From NCBI GenBank assembly GCA_964016885.1, contig CAXHJY010000514.1, positions 197,954 through 261,953 of the forward strand: a stretch of 64,000 nucleotides of DNA, read 5' to 3'. A program made the position numbers and the translations under genes. The DNA comes from Eledone cirrhosa. Taxonomy: Eukaryota. Every line of letters starts with the position of its first letter. Position 1 is the stretch's first letter. This document shows, one piece after another, positions 40,451-54,363 of this stretch. A model generated the notes under the pieces. That model did no database searches. It was not told the origin of the DNA and saw only the letters and a program-made list of their open reading frames with translations.

Positions 40451-43400
40451 CTCTTTGTTTCAGACACAGATGGCCAACAAAATCCCGTCTCCTACACCCC
40501 TCCCTGCCCCTCCAACCCATCCATCCCACCCTCTCAACTTCAGAGTTGGTACCATAAACGTAGGCATATTGAAAGGTCGCTCAAATGAGGTTGTAGAGAT
40601 GCTTGACCGTAAAGAAGTTGATGTTTGTTGTATTCAAGAGACTAGGTGGAGAGGGGGGTCTGCCAGACTCATCGTGGATAAAAAACGATGCTATAAACTT
40701 TTCTGGGTGGGAAATGACAATGGACAGGGTGGTGTAAGAATTATGTTAGCTGAAACATGGATATATAAGGTAATGACAGAATAATTGAATTAAGACTAGT
40801 TCTAAATAGAACTACTGTGACAATAATATCTGCTCATGCACCCCAATCTGGTCTACCTGATGTTATAAAGGACAGGTTCTGTGAGATGCTAATGCACACT
40901 ACCTCCCAAATAACCAACAGTGACTACTTAATTATTGCTGGCGATCTAAACGGTCACGTTGGACAACATAGTGATGGATATGATGGAATCCATAGAGGCT
41001 ATGAGGTTGGAAATAGAAATGAGGAGGGCTTCAGAATCGTGGAATTCTGTGACGCAAATAGCCTCACTATCTGTAACATAAACTTCAAAAAATGTGAAAA
41101 ACACTTGATCATCTATAGATCAGAGGAACACGCCAGCCAGATAGATTATATCCTTACTAGAAGACGGGACAAAATGTCTGTTGTAAACACTAAATCCCTT
41201 CCCCGTGGAGAATGCACCTCCCAACATAGTCTAGTAGTTAGTGACCTCATAGTCAGGAATAGACGTACTCGGCGACAGAGGAGGCCTACCTTGAGGAGAA
41301 GAATATGGAAGTTGAAGGACCCCATAGCCAGTGACAAATTTAAAAGCCTATTACTTGATCCCTTTGACAATAAGGAAGAGAAATTAGAGACGTGCAATAT
41401 AGAGGAACAGTGGCAATTCTCGAAGGTGAACCTGCTGAAAGCAACGGATGAAATCTGTTGCTGGAGCAGACATATTGGCAGGAGGAGAGTAACTTGGTGG
41501 TGGAACAGTAAGGTGGAAGAGGCAATCAAGGCCAAAAAGCAGGCTTGGAAAGTATGGCATGATGGGGGAAGTAGAGAGCACTATCAAGTGGCCAGGAGAG
41601 TTGCTAGGAGACAAGTGTACCTTGCAAAAAGGGTAGCAGAGGATAGAAAGTTCAAGCATGTTCTATAACGTGAGGACCAAAAACGTGAGCTGTTCAGGAT
41701 TGCTAGACAATGTGTCAAGGAAAGCTGGGATATTGTCGGGGAGAAGTGTGTCCGTAATGATAATGGTGTACTTGCGCTCACTGATACTGATAAGAAGATA
41801 GCCTGGAAGTGTCACTACGAGAGACTATTAAATGAGGATAATAAATGGGAAAAAGATAGTCTGCCCCAAATCGATCCAATAGAAGGACCAGCGGTGCAAG
41901 TTAAAGGTAGTATAATAATTAAGGCAATCAATGATATGAAGACAGGCAAGGCAGCTGGGCCTTCGGAGATAGTTGCTGAGATGTTGAAGGCATCTGGTAT
42001 GGTGGGACATTCTATGGTCACCCGTATAGTTAACCAAGTAATACAGAATGGGGACATACCGAAAGACTGGCGTAGCAGCATCTTCATTAACTGCTACAAG
42101 GGTAAAGGGGATGCTCTAGATAGGGGAAACTATAGAGGCATTAAGATAGTTGACCAGGTCATGAATGTCACAGAAAGAGTTATAGCGCAACTAATCAGAG
42201 AGCGAATTGATCTAGATGAAATGCAGTTTGGGTTTGTGTCAGGTAAAAGTACCACAGACGTTCTTTTCCTTGTACGACAACTACAAGAGAAGTACCTAGC
42301 TAAAAGTAAACCCCTCTACTTAGCCTTTGTAGACCTGGAGAAAGCTTTTGACAGAGTCCCCGCTCCATTATCTAGTGGGCTCTCAGAAAACTAGGTGTAG
42401 ATGAATGGCTTGTGAGAGCTATACAAGCTATGTATAATGAAATAGTCAGCAAGGTTAGAATTAACAATGAATAATGTGAAGAATTTAGTGTAAAAGTTGG
42501 CGTCCATCAAGGCTCTGTCCTTAGCTACCTCCTATTTATTATTGCCCTTCAGGATATAACAGAGGAGTTCAAGACCGGCTGCCCATGGGAACTCCTATAC
42601 GCAGATGACCTAACGCTCATAGCTGAAACAATGGCTGAACTAGGGAAGAAATTCCAAACATGGAAGCATGGCCTAGAATCAAAAGGCCTTAAAGTTAACT
42701 TGTCTGAGACTAAAGTTCTAGTTTGTAGAAAGGAAAATAGGGCACAAGTAACCTCAAGGAAATGGCCATGCTCAGTGTGTAGAAAAGGAGTAGGCAGAAA
42801 TTTCATTTTATGTCCCAAATGTAAAGTATGGGTACATAAAAGATGTAGTGGGATCACAGGTAAACTATCTAAGAACGTAGACTTTATATGTGGCCGATGC
42901 TCAGGTGCAATATGTAGCAAGTGTCCAAAGGATACTAGCTCCTTCTATTGCCCAGATGGTTCTATAGAAAAAGTAGACACTTTCCGTTACCTGGGTGACA
43001 AAATAAGCAGTGGTGGAGGATGTTCTGAAAGTACAGTAGCCAGAGTCAGAATGGGATGGAAAAAGTTCAGAGAGCTTATACCGCTGTTGGCCACAAAAGG
43101 TTTCTCTCTAAAAATGAAAGGCAGATTATATGATGCCTGTATACGAACAGCAGTGCTACATGACAGTGAGAGAAAGGCATTACGTGCAGAGGACATACGT
43201 AGACTGGAAAGGAACGAAGCATGCATACTCCGTTGGATGTGTAATAGTAATATACGTGAACGGCGAAGTATAAATTAACTATGTGAGAAATTAGGAATAA
43301 GAGGGATCAGATGCTGTTTACTTGAGAGAAGACTACGTTAGTATGGTCAGGTGATACGAATGAAAGACGACAACTGTATAAAAAAGTGCAGAGCAATCAA

Positions 43401-43960
43401 AATTGATGGTAGTTACAGAGTAGGTAGACCCAGAAAAACCTCGGTTGATCTGATAAATTCCGACCTCACACACTTACATCTCTCTAAGACAATGTCTCTG
43501 GACCGAGATCTTTGGCGCTACGCAGTAATACAGAAGACCCGCCTTGCCTATGTACAAAGCGAAACCTACAGTCAGTAGGCACCTCTTAACCAAATATACA
43601 CCCCAATCCACTACCCCTACCCTATCCTCCCACTCCCACCAACAGCACGAGATAATGAGATCGAGATCATGTAGGTGTCACGACAAAAAACACACACAGT
43701 CCACGCTGTAATGTGGTCGTGTAGGTAACACGGTAAAAATTCCCAGTTCCAAACTGTAAATGTGGTTGGTGTTAACAAGGGCATCTAGTCGTAGAAAACC
43801 TGCCAGATAGTCCTATATGAGCGAGACACGGTCAACCGACCAGCCTTGCCTCCAGTAGGACAATGCTAGCGTGGAAAATGCCTCCAGTAGGACAATGCTA
43901 GCGTCTAACCCATGCTAGCGTGGAAAATGGGCGTTAATCGAAGATGATGATGATGATGAT
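40451..43960 (+). mobile_element. Second near full-length RTE LINE, more decayed
   Basis: Colinear with 27961-31455, ATG at 40470, several stops and frameshifts, intact PHD-like Cys pattern, (GAT)n tail. Confidence 0.95.
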
Positions 43961-43975
43961 GGTATATATATATAT

Positions 43976-44015
<40 letters not shown>

Positions 44016-44084
44016 TATATATATATATATATAATTATATATATATATAAATATATATAATTATATATATATATAATTATATAT

Positions 44085-44129
<45 letters not shown>

Positions 44130-44132
<3 letters not shown>

Positions 44133-44896
44133 AAGGATGAGTATTTTAGACTTTATTTTATCATGAGTTAAGGCTCTATTGATTTTTCCCTGGATTTCAC
44201 TAAATTCTGTGGATGAATCTATATCCTGATTCTCTTTGAGATGAGTTTGAATTATTTTTCCCACATCTCACGTTAACTATTTTTCCCATTTTGACGCTAT
44301 AGTCACTTATATATTATGGTATACTGTTGGCTTTTCGCTACAATGTTTTCTATACCTTTCATTTATATATTTATACTCGGATTTCTTTCCTAGAGTGGTT
44401 AAATTATTTGTGACTAATTCCGGTATTTTTTTTATAAAAAACCGCTATAACATTGCTTTTTGCTGAACTCCTTATTGTAGAGTTTTTTTCGGAATGTTTT
44501 TTGACTGTTGTTTCTTGTAAACAAACATTCGTCTCATACTGACGTCACCAGACCTGTCTTTCCAGATGTGCATTTTATTTTTCATAATCACGCACGATGG
44601 TTAACTAGCCTGTTTTAAATTAACTTTTTGGCATATTAATCTGTGAGAATCTTGGTTATCGAGTTGAGCTCTGCTGAGGATCGAATTCCAACCGTGACCA
44701 TCTCCACTGAAAGTTTTCGTGAAATAGTCCTTAAGATACAGAGCATTTAAAGTTTTTCCAAATTGAAGGATGAGTATTTTAGACTTTATTTTATCATGAG
44801 TTAAGGCTCTATTGATTTTTCCCATTTTGACGCTATAGTCACTTATATATTATGGAATACTGTTGGCTTTTCGCTAAAATATTTTCTATACCTTTC

Positions 44897-44900
<4 letters not shown>
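44130..44900. repeat. Partial tandem unit (~633-bp period) with possible CTGAGGA HHR
   Basis: 44130-44190 = 44763-44823 and 44280-44370 ~ 44817-44900. ctctg-CTGAGGA...GAAA...ATA-cagag at ~44669-44743. Confidence 0.65.
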
Positions 44901-44963
<63 letters not shown>

Positions 44964-44967
44964 TATA

Positions 44968-45034
44968 TAAGTATGTATGTATACGTACATACATATATGT
45001 ATACAGACGTACAGTAGCATGCATATATATATAC

Positions 45035-45087
<53 letters not shown>

Positions 45088-45777
45088 ATATATACAAACA
45101 GGTACACATACATATATGTACGTATCAGTTTAGCGGACGCTTATTATAACGCCCGCTTTGTTCGTTTGTAAACAAACCGAACAGGCTGAATTTATGCCGT
45201 ACGGTGTTAAGGCAACCACGTCACCTTTTTGTTCAACACTGACACAGGAAAGATGTACTAGTTTCAAGCTTGTTAGCTATCATCAGCACCGTATACCCGT
45301 CTGCCAGATGGTTTAACGTTCGAAAGTATATACTTTCCTTATGAAAATTAACGGCTGAGCAGCCTAATTTGCATATCGAGTGAGTTCGGCCAGGCCTACC
45401 ATACATATATACTTACATTTAAGTAAGTGCCGTACTAAGAGTGAGAAATGAAATTTGGTTTCCATTTAATTACAACTTATCGTTCTCGGTACGCCTGGCC
45501 GAACTCACTCGATATGCAAATTAGCCGTTAATTTTCATAAGGAAAGTATATACTTTCGAACGTTAAACCATCTTGCAGAAGGGTATACGGTGCTGATGAT
45601 AGCTAACAAGCTTGAAACTAGTACATCGTTCCTGTGTCAGTGTTGAACAAAAAGGTGACGTGGTTGCCTTAACACGGTACGGCATAAATTCAGGCTGTTC
45701 AGTTTGTTTACAAACGAACAAAGCGGGCGTTATAATAAACGTCCGCTAAACTGATACGTACATATATGTATGTGTAC

Positions 45778-45846
<69 letters not shown>

Positions 45847-45962
45847 TGCTACTGTACGTCTGTATACATATATGTATGTACGTATACATACATACTTACA
45901 TTTAAGTAAGTGCCGTACTAAGAGTGAGAAATGTAATTTCGTTTTCATTTTATCACAACTTA
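44968..45962. mobile_element. HHR/octamer repeat family, fold-back dimer
   Basis: HHR on minus at 45251-45291 and on plus at 45588-45628 (cggtg-CTGATGA-tagctaacaagctt-GAAACtaGTA-catcg). Octamers at 45367 and 45514. Confidence 0.88.
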
Positions 45963-45996
45963 TATAATTATATATAATTTTATATATATATATATA

Positions 45997-46076
<80 letters not shown>

Positions 46077-46462
46077 TATATAATTATATATATATATATA
46101 TATATAATTATATATATATATATATATATAATTATATATATATATATAATTATATATATAATTATAAATTAGCGAGAATCGTATTTCGACTATTGGTAAT
46201 TACCGAAAAACAACTTCCGAGATGTTTGGCACGCACTCCATAGAAGCTAATAAACTAGAGTTACAACAGAAGTTAAAAGGACAAACACACTGAGACGATG
46301 GTTAAACCATTATCCGCACAGCCATAGAAACGACCAAGTAATTCGGGTCAAACAAATAACATATGATTGAAAAACCATACCCGGACCCCTGGAAGGTTGG
46401 TAAAATATCCAGCATTTGGGTTTCTGCTCTACTAAATCAAGTACTGTCCGCTAAGACAAATA

Positions 46463-46756
46463 AGTGTTTCTACTGTAGGCACAAGGTCCCGTAAAGGGAC
46501 GTAACTATGCTGGAAATCATGGTGTCCGACTCTCTACCGATACTGCCAATCAACCACTAAGACAAATAATTGTTTCTACTTTAGGCACAAGGCCCGCAAT
46601 TACCCAGTACATTACTGGTACTTTATGTTATCGACCCCGTAAGGATGAAAGGCAAAGTTGACCTCGGCGGGATTTGAACTCAGACTTTAAAGGGGCGTAA
46701 TTGTGCTAGAAAGCCTGGCGTACTTCCCTCTACAGATACTGCCAATTCACCGCCCT
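46463..46756 (-). mobile_element. Tandem SINE A copies (one internally deleted, one complete)
   Basis: Same consensus as 58181-58368. ctaagacaaataa recurs at the boundaries. Confidence 0.85.
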
Positions 46757-46987
46757 AAGACAAATAATGTTAAGCTTTGGGTAAGATGATTGAACAAGGA
46801 AGTCACTTTCTCAACACAGGCTTTCAGTTCAAGTGCCAACTGAAGGACTGACCGTTATCAAAAGACAATGAGAACATATATATATATATATATATAATTA
46901 TTATAATTATATATATATATATATATATAATTATTATATATCCCACCCTTCCAAGCGGGAAAAAGCGAACGTAAAATGAAATGATGA

Positions 46988-47024
<37 letters not shown>

Positions 47025-47047
47025 TTATATAATTATATATATATATA

Positions 47048-47385
47048 TCATCATCATTTCATTTTACGTTCGCTTTTTCCCGCTTGGAAGGGTGGGACGG
47101 GAACTGATTCTGGCTTGATTTCTACATCTGGATGCCCTTCCTAACACCAACCTCATTTACAGTGAGTGGTGGGTGCTTTTTTGCCGTGGCACATCCAGGA
47201 CCACCTTGTAGTGGAATGATATGGACCCCAGTTCCTATCATCTCATTTCTACAGCTGGGTAAACTGGAGCAATGTGAAATAAAGTGTCTTGCTCAAGGAA
47301 ACAACACATCACCCTGTCTGAGAATTGAACTCACAACCTTTCGATTGCAAGCCCAATGCTCTAACCACTAACCATATATGTGCCT

Positions 47386-47388
<3 letters not shown>
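47048..47388 (-). mobile_element. SINE B with RTE-type tail
   Basis: Same tripartite layout as 37172-37564. Confidence 0.75.
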
Positions 47389-47425
<37 letters not shown>

Positions 47426-47463
47426 AGGCACATTGCGTAGTGGTTAGAGCATTGGGCTTGCAA

Positions 47464-47510
<47 letters not shown>

Positions 47511-47548
47511 GTATAATCATATATATATATATATATATATGATTATAC

Positions 47549-47585
<37 letters not shown>

Positions 47586-47623
47586 TTGCAAGCCCAATGC
47601 TCTAACCACTACGCAATGTGCCT

Positions 47624-47707
<84 letters not shown>

Positions 47708-47745
47708 AGGCACATTGCGTAGTGGTTAGAGCATTGGGCTTGCAA

Positions 47746-47780
<35 letters not shown>

Positions 47781-47820
47781 GTATAATCATATATATATAT
47801 TTATATATATATAATTATAC

Positions 47821-47871
<51 letters not shown>

Positions 47872-47876
47872 TATAC

Positions 47877-47965
<89 letters not shown>

Positions 47966-48057
47966 TATATATACATATATATATAATTATATATATAATT
48001 ATATATATATTTATATAATTATATCTATATCTATATCTATACATATATATAATTATA

Positions 48058-48100
<43 letters not shown>

Positions 48101-49199
48101 TTAAGGATACTATTTATGGTTATGTATATGATAAAACCTTTTATGGTTATATATTTTTTATATATAAATCCCAAATAGTGAAAGATAGTCATTAATTACT
48201 ATCTTATTACCAGTAAGATAAATAGCTCAATGTAATAACATCAGTTGTTTTACAGAGCAGTTATATAGAGATTACATTAGTCAAAGTTCAGTTTAAATCA
48301 TTTATTTGCTTACAATTGTTTCCTCCAAACCGATGTTTGGATTCTTCGGAGCAACTATTTAGTGATCTATAACATACTTGACCTCCTTTTCAACACAAGA
48401 GACATATAAAAACATATGCATATATTGACCCACAGTGGGTTGACATCCATCATAATGATATAGCATGGCAATTTACATATAAAGGTTAAAGGATTAAAAT
48501 AAAAATTAAAATAAAAATAAAAATAAAAATAAAACATTGGCAGTTTATGAAGATAAAGCAAGAGGAAAGTTTAGAGTAGTCAGTGTATGAAACAATCTCA
48601 CGTGTGGCATGCACGCGTGTCTTATTTATACAGGATTAGAGTGCGGCAGATTGTTACTTGTAGAATCAGGCAGTTAAAGCAGGCAATCAATAGTATCATG
48701 TGGGCCGTATTGTTAAATCATTTTTTCGCATGCACCTGTACGATATACAATCCCGAATGTAGAGAAACACCAGAATATCAAAAATATCAAACATATTATA
48801 AAACATATTATAAAAGAGGCAAAACAGCACCACTGTCTTCGCACACACCACCACTCACACAATCCATGAAATGCAATATATAGACGACAGGTCTATCACA
48901 CATTCCACGATGATTAGGTGTCTGGAGAACCAAGTTGTAAACCATATCTTGTCGTTTCTTAATTTGATTAATAGATCAGGTTGTTTTAGTTGTGTGAGAT
49001 GACATTGTATTATATTCCGGAAGTGTGTGTGTGACTAAGGGGAGTTAATGCGTAAGGGGAGGTAACTAGCTGATTTTCATAGTTAAATTTATTATCCTAA
49101 CTTACATTAATGGTGTTTCAAATGAGTCCCTATCATATGAGGTTATAACCAATTTCTAGATTATGTTACTTACCTATAGGTTACAGTGTTGTCTATTAA

Positions 49200-51548
49200 G
49201 CTAATATAGCTAGTAACTACAGGATCTCCTACTTCCTATCAATGGATATACGCCCCATAATCAAGATGTCTCCGGATGTATGTGACAGTACAGAGGACCT
49301 CCTAAGCAGAAGCAGTGAGTGCAACAAAAACAGGAACCTATCCAACTGCATAATAGGCAGCATGGATGTGGTGTCACTGTACCCATCTATTAACATTGAT
49401 TTTGCTGTGGAAAAATGTGTGGAGATGATCATTGAGAGTGAGGTGGAGTTCGGCGACGTCGTCACAGACGAACTGGGCCTCCTACTTAGACTTACCTACG
49501 ACACTGACTACCTGGAGAGCCATGACCTTAGACGTTTCTGCCCTAGTAGACCCATAAGAGGTAGACCCCCCACCATAACCTCAATGGCAAAAAAGACTCC
49601 CATGGGAAGGTGGATTGGGTGGACCAAAGCTATACGGACCCCCAAAACAATAATCAGGTAAGAAAAATGGTCGCACATGCAATAGGGGCTAGTATCAAAA
49701 CTACCCTCAAGGGCCTCATATTTAAGTTCAACGAGAAGATCTACACCCAAAATGAAGGAGCAGCCATTGGCGTCAGCATAGCTGGTGATGTTGCCAAACT
49801 TTTCATGGTATGGTGGGAAAGGAGACTTAAATATCTCCTTAATGAGAGCTCCATATACCTCATCATGTACTCTCGTTATGTAGACGATATCAATATAGTT
49901 ATAAGAACATCCCCACTAGAGAGCACTAACAAGTTTGATTTAGAACGTAGCACAATGGAAAACATCCAGCAGATAGCTAATTCCATACACCTGAGTATAA
50001 CTGTAACTATCGACTTCCCTTCCAAACACCCTAACAATAGACTACCTGTATTAGACACAGAACTCTGGATTAACACTATAGCCGAGAGGGCACAAATTCT
50101 CCACTCACACTATGCTAAACCCATGGCCTCCAAATACCTGATATTCAAAATCTCAGCAATGTCCAGTAGTGCTAAGTTTAATATTCTGATCGCAGATTTG
50201 GTACGAGTGATGAAGAATGTGTCCCGCATGTGCGACCCAACAGAAATGGAAAGACTCATCCAACACTTCATCAACCGCATGCAGTTCTCTGGCTACAACC
50301 AAAGAGACAGAGTCAGAGTATACGAAGGAGCCATGGAAAAGTATAAGACCCTCATAGAGCTGGACATGAAAGGAATTTGCCCATTATACAGGAGCAAATC
50401 ATGGAATAGCTTAGATAGGGCTAGACATAAGATAGGGAAAGCCACCTCATGGTACGACAACCAGAGATACCAGAGTGCCATGTTTGTGGACGCTACCCCT
50501 GGAGGGAAATTAGCTAACCAGTGTAGAAAGGCCCTGAGAAAGACCCACTTAAAAATTAAGGTGGTAGAAAAGCCAGGAACCACCATAAATTCCCTGATCA
50601 GCAAAACCTACCCTTTAAAGAAAACCCACTGTACCAATAGGAAATGTATCATATGTAAGATAAACCCCCGGATAAACTGTAAAACTAGAAACGTAGTCTA
50701 TAGCATAAGATGTACAGACGGTACCTGCAGAAACAGGACAACAACATACATAGGTGAGACAGCGCGTAGCATAGGTGAAAGGATAGAGCAACACTGGGGG
50801 GAACTAAAAGGACGAAAAAACGGGTCAGTACTATACGAACATGCCAGACAACAACATGGCGGTAACATAGACAACATAGAAATTAGAATAATATTTAAAC
50901 ATAGAAATGACCCAGCAGATAGGCAAATCAGAGAGGCCAGTGAAATAGAACTTAGAAGACCAAGACTAAACAGAAAGAATGAATGGAATAACAACAACAC
51001 CCAAACAAACAACACTGACCTAAGAGAAGTATAAATATGTAAATAAAATAAAATAAAAAATAAATGAATAAATAAATAAATAAATACATACACAAGCACA
51101 ATAACAACAAACACATAAACACACATTAGTCACCCAAACACGAACACACATCACACATCAAACAAAATCCTATACACACACAAACGCACGCGCAAAGAAA
51201 ATAAAATAAAATAAACAAACAAGCAAATAAATAAATAAATATATAGACCGACTGAATAAAAATGGCGTAGCTATACAATTCAACAGTAGGAAACAATAGC
51301 ACCACTGACGTTGTTGCAGATGTGCAAAGAAAGGTTTATGATAAACTATATATATGTGTTTGTGTCTATATTGTATCTGTATTATTTTTGACCGTCGGTC
51401 AGTCAATGGCAACATTGAGGACCGAGTATATTAGATTACCGATATAAAAGACACAGAAGCGAAAAGCGATAACCAACCAAACAGTGAGTGTGTTCTGTTA
51501 TTAATTCTGGCAATATTACACAAATATGACCCTCCCCAAGTATAATAA
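49200..51548 (+). mobile_element. 5'-truncated Penelope-like element (Naiad-like): RT + C-terminal GIY-YIG endonuclease
   Basis: GSMDVVSLYPSI, GAAIGVSIAG, YSRYVDDINI, DFPSKHPNNRLPVLD, Cys-rich linker, VVYSIRC...YIGETARSIGERIEQH. Frameshift ~49640, stop 51034, HHR remnant 51305-51332. Confidence 0.92.
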
Positions 51549-51573
51549 TATATATATATATATATAATTATAC

Positions 51574-51687
<114 letters not shown>

Positions 51688-51725
51688 AGGAAGTTATGGT
51701 TCACTTGAAACATTGTGTAGTAAGG

Positions 51726-52096
51726 TATAAACGTTTGTATATGTATAATAAAGCCAAACAATGCAGGTATGCAGATAGAATAAAGAATGCAAATGCAAAA
51801 GATATTGTTGACAATTCGTCTTTTATCTTAGATTTATTTAAATGTCCTTAATTTTCGAGATAATATCTCTTCTTCGGGGGGAAGTAAAGCGGTTAAACGA
51901 GTGTTCTAAACAAGCTATTTAGAACACTGGTTTAACCACTTTACTTCTTTCCGAAGAAGAGATATTATCTCGAAAATTAAGGACATTTAAATTAATCTAA
52001 GGTAAAAGACTAATTGTCAACAATATCTTTTGCGTTTGCATTCTTTATTCTATGTCAATACCTGCATTGTTTTGGCTTTATTATACATATACAAAC

Positions 52097-52104
<8 letters not shown>
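51726..52104. repeat. Long imperfect palindrome (~185-bp arms, centre ~51914) with a CCGAAGA HHR-like motif in each arm
   Basis: Arms are reverse-complementary with scattered mismatches. CCGAAGA-agagatattatctc-GAAAATTA at 51951-51979. Confidence 0.9.
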
Positions 52105-52171
<67 letters not shown>

Positions 52172-52195
52172 TATATATATATAATTATATATATA

Positions 52196-52235
<40 letters not shown>

Positions 52236-52342
52236 TACATATTGTTATACTTTGGGAGGGTCATGTTGCCAATAAGAAACGAAATGTAATTATACAATTA
52301 TATATATATAATTATACAATTATATATATATAATTATACAAT

Positions 52343-52389
<47 letters not shown>

Positions 52390-52658
52390 TTATATATATA
52401 TATAATTATATATATATATATATAATTATACAATTATATATATATATATATATATATAACTATATATATATATAATGTATATAATTATATATGTATATAT
52501 AATTATACAATTGTATATATATTTATATATAATTATATATATATAAGTTGTAATAGTATGAAACGAAATTTCATTTCTCACTCTTAGTACGGCACTTACT
52601 TAAATGTAAGTATGTATGTATACGTACATACATATATCTATACAGACGTACAGTAGCA

Positions 52659-52734
<76 letters not shown>

Positions 52735-52758
52735 TATATATATATAATTATATATATA

Positions 52759-52798
<40 letters not shown>

Positions 52799-52905
52799 TA
52801 CATATTGTTATACTTTGGGAGGGTCATGTTGCCAATAAGAAACGAAATGTAATTATACAATTATATATATATAATTATACAATTATATATATATAATTAT
52901 ACAAT

Positions 52906-52950
<45 letters not shown>

Positions 52951-53213
52951 TTATATATATATATAATTATATATATGTATATATAATTATACAATTATAT
53001 ATATATATATATAACTATATATATATATAATGTATATAATTATATATGTATATATAATTATACAATTGTATATATATTTATATATAATTATATATATATA
53101 AGTTGTAATAGTATGAAACGAAATTTCATTTCTCACTCTTAGTACGGCACTTACTTAAATGTAAGTATGTATGTATACGTACATACATATATCTATACAG
53201 ACGTACAGTAGCA

Positions 53214-53220
<7 letters not shown>
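52104..53220. repeat. ~560-bp near-identical tandem duplication in a TA-rich tract
   Basis: PLE terminus at 52243 and 52803; HHR-family end at 52545 and 53100. Confidence 0.8.
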
Positions 53221-53297
<77 letters not shown>

Positions 53298-54270
53298 CAG
53301 GTACACATATATATATGTACGTATTAGTTTAGCGGACGTTTATTATAACGCCCGCTTTGTCCGTTTGTAAACAAACGGACAGCCTGATTTATGACGTACG
53401 GTGTTAAGGCAACCACGTCACCATTTTTGTTAAACACTGACACAGCAACGATGTACTAGTTTCAAGCTTCTTAGCTATCATCAGCACCGTATACACTTCT
53501 GCCAGATGGTTGAACGTTCGAAAGTATATACTTTCCTTATGAAAATTAACGGCTCAGCAGCCTAATTTGCATATCGAGTGAGTTCAGTCGGCCAGGCGTA
53601 CCGAAAACGATGAGTTTAGCGTCCGCTAAACTTATGCGTACATATATGTCTGTGTACCTGTATGTATATATGTATATATATATATATGCATGTTATTTTA
53701 CGTCTGTATACATATATGTATGTACGTATACATACATACTTACATTTATGTAAGTGCCGTACTAAGAGTGAGAAATGAAATTTCGTTTTCATTTTATTAC
53801 AACTCATCGTTTTCGGTGCGCCTGACCGATTTAACTCACTCGATATGCAAATTAGGCTGCTCAGCCGTTAATTTTCATAAGGAAAGTATATACTTTCGAA
53901 CGTTCAACTATCTGGCAGATGGGTAAACGGTGCTGATGATAGCTAACAAGCTTGAAACTAGTACATCGTTCCTGTGTCAGTGTTGAACAAAAAGGTGACG
54001 TGGTTGCCTTAACACCGTGCGGCATAAATTCAGGCTGTTCAGTTTGTTTACAAATGAACAAAGCGGGCGCTATAATAAGCGTCCGCTAAACTTATGCGTA
54101 CATATATGTCTGTGTACCTGTATGTATATATGTATATATGTATATATATATATATGCATGTTATTTTACGTCTGTATACATATATGTATGTACGTATACA
54201 TACATACTTACATTTATGTAAGTGCCGTACTAAGAGTGAGAAATGAAATTTCGTTTTCATTTTATTACAA

Positions 54271-54272
<2 letters not shown>
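53100..54272. mobile_element. HHR/octamer repeat family: one minus unit plus ~1.4 tandem plus units
   Basis: HHR on minus at 53449-53489 and on plus at 53928-53968. gcgtccgctaaacttatgcg at 53619 and 54079 gives a 460-bp period. Confidence 0.88.
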
Positions 54273-54354
<82 letters not shown>

Positions 54355-54363
54355 TATATATAT

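Noticed and set aside
46285-46345. CTGAGA...GAAAC hammerhead-like string
   Set aside because: Core incomplete and stems I and III do not pair.
49610-51034. Selenocysteine recoding as reported for some Naiad PLEs
   Set aside because: No in-frame TGA in this ORF and the linker cysteines are ordinary codons. The break in the second copy at 55679 is TAG. No SECIS recognised.
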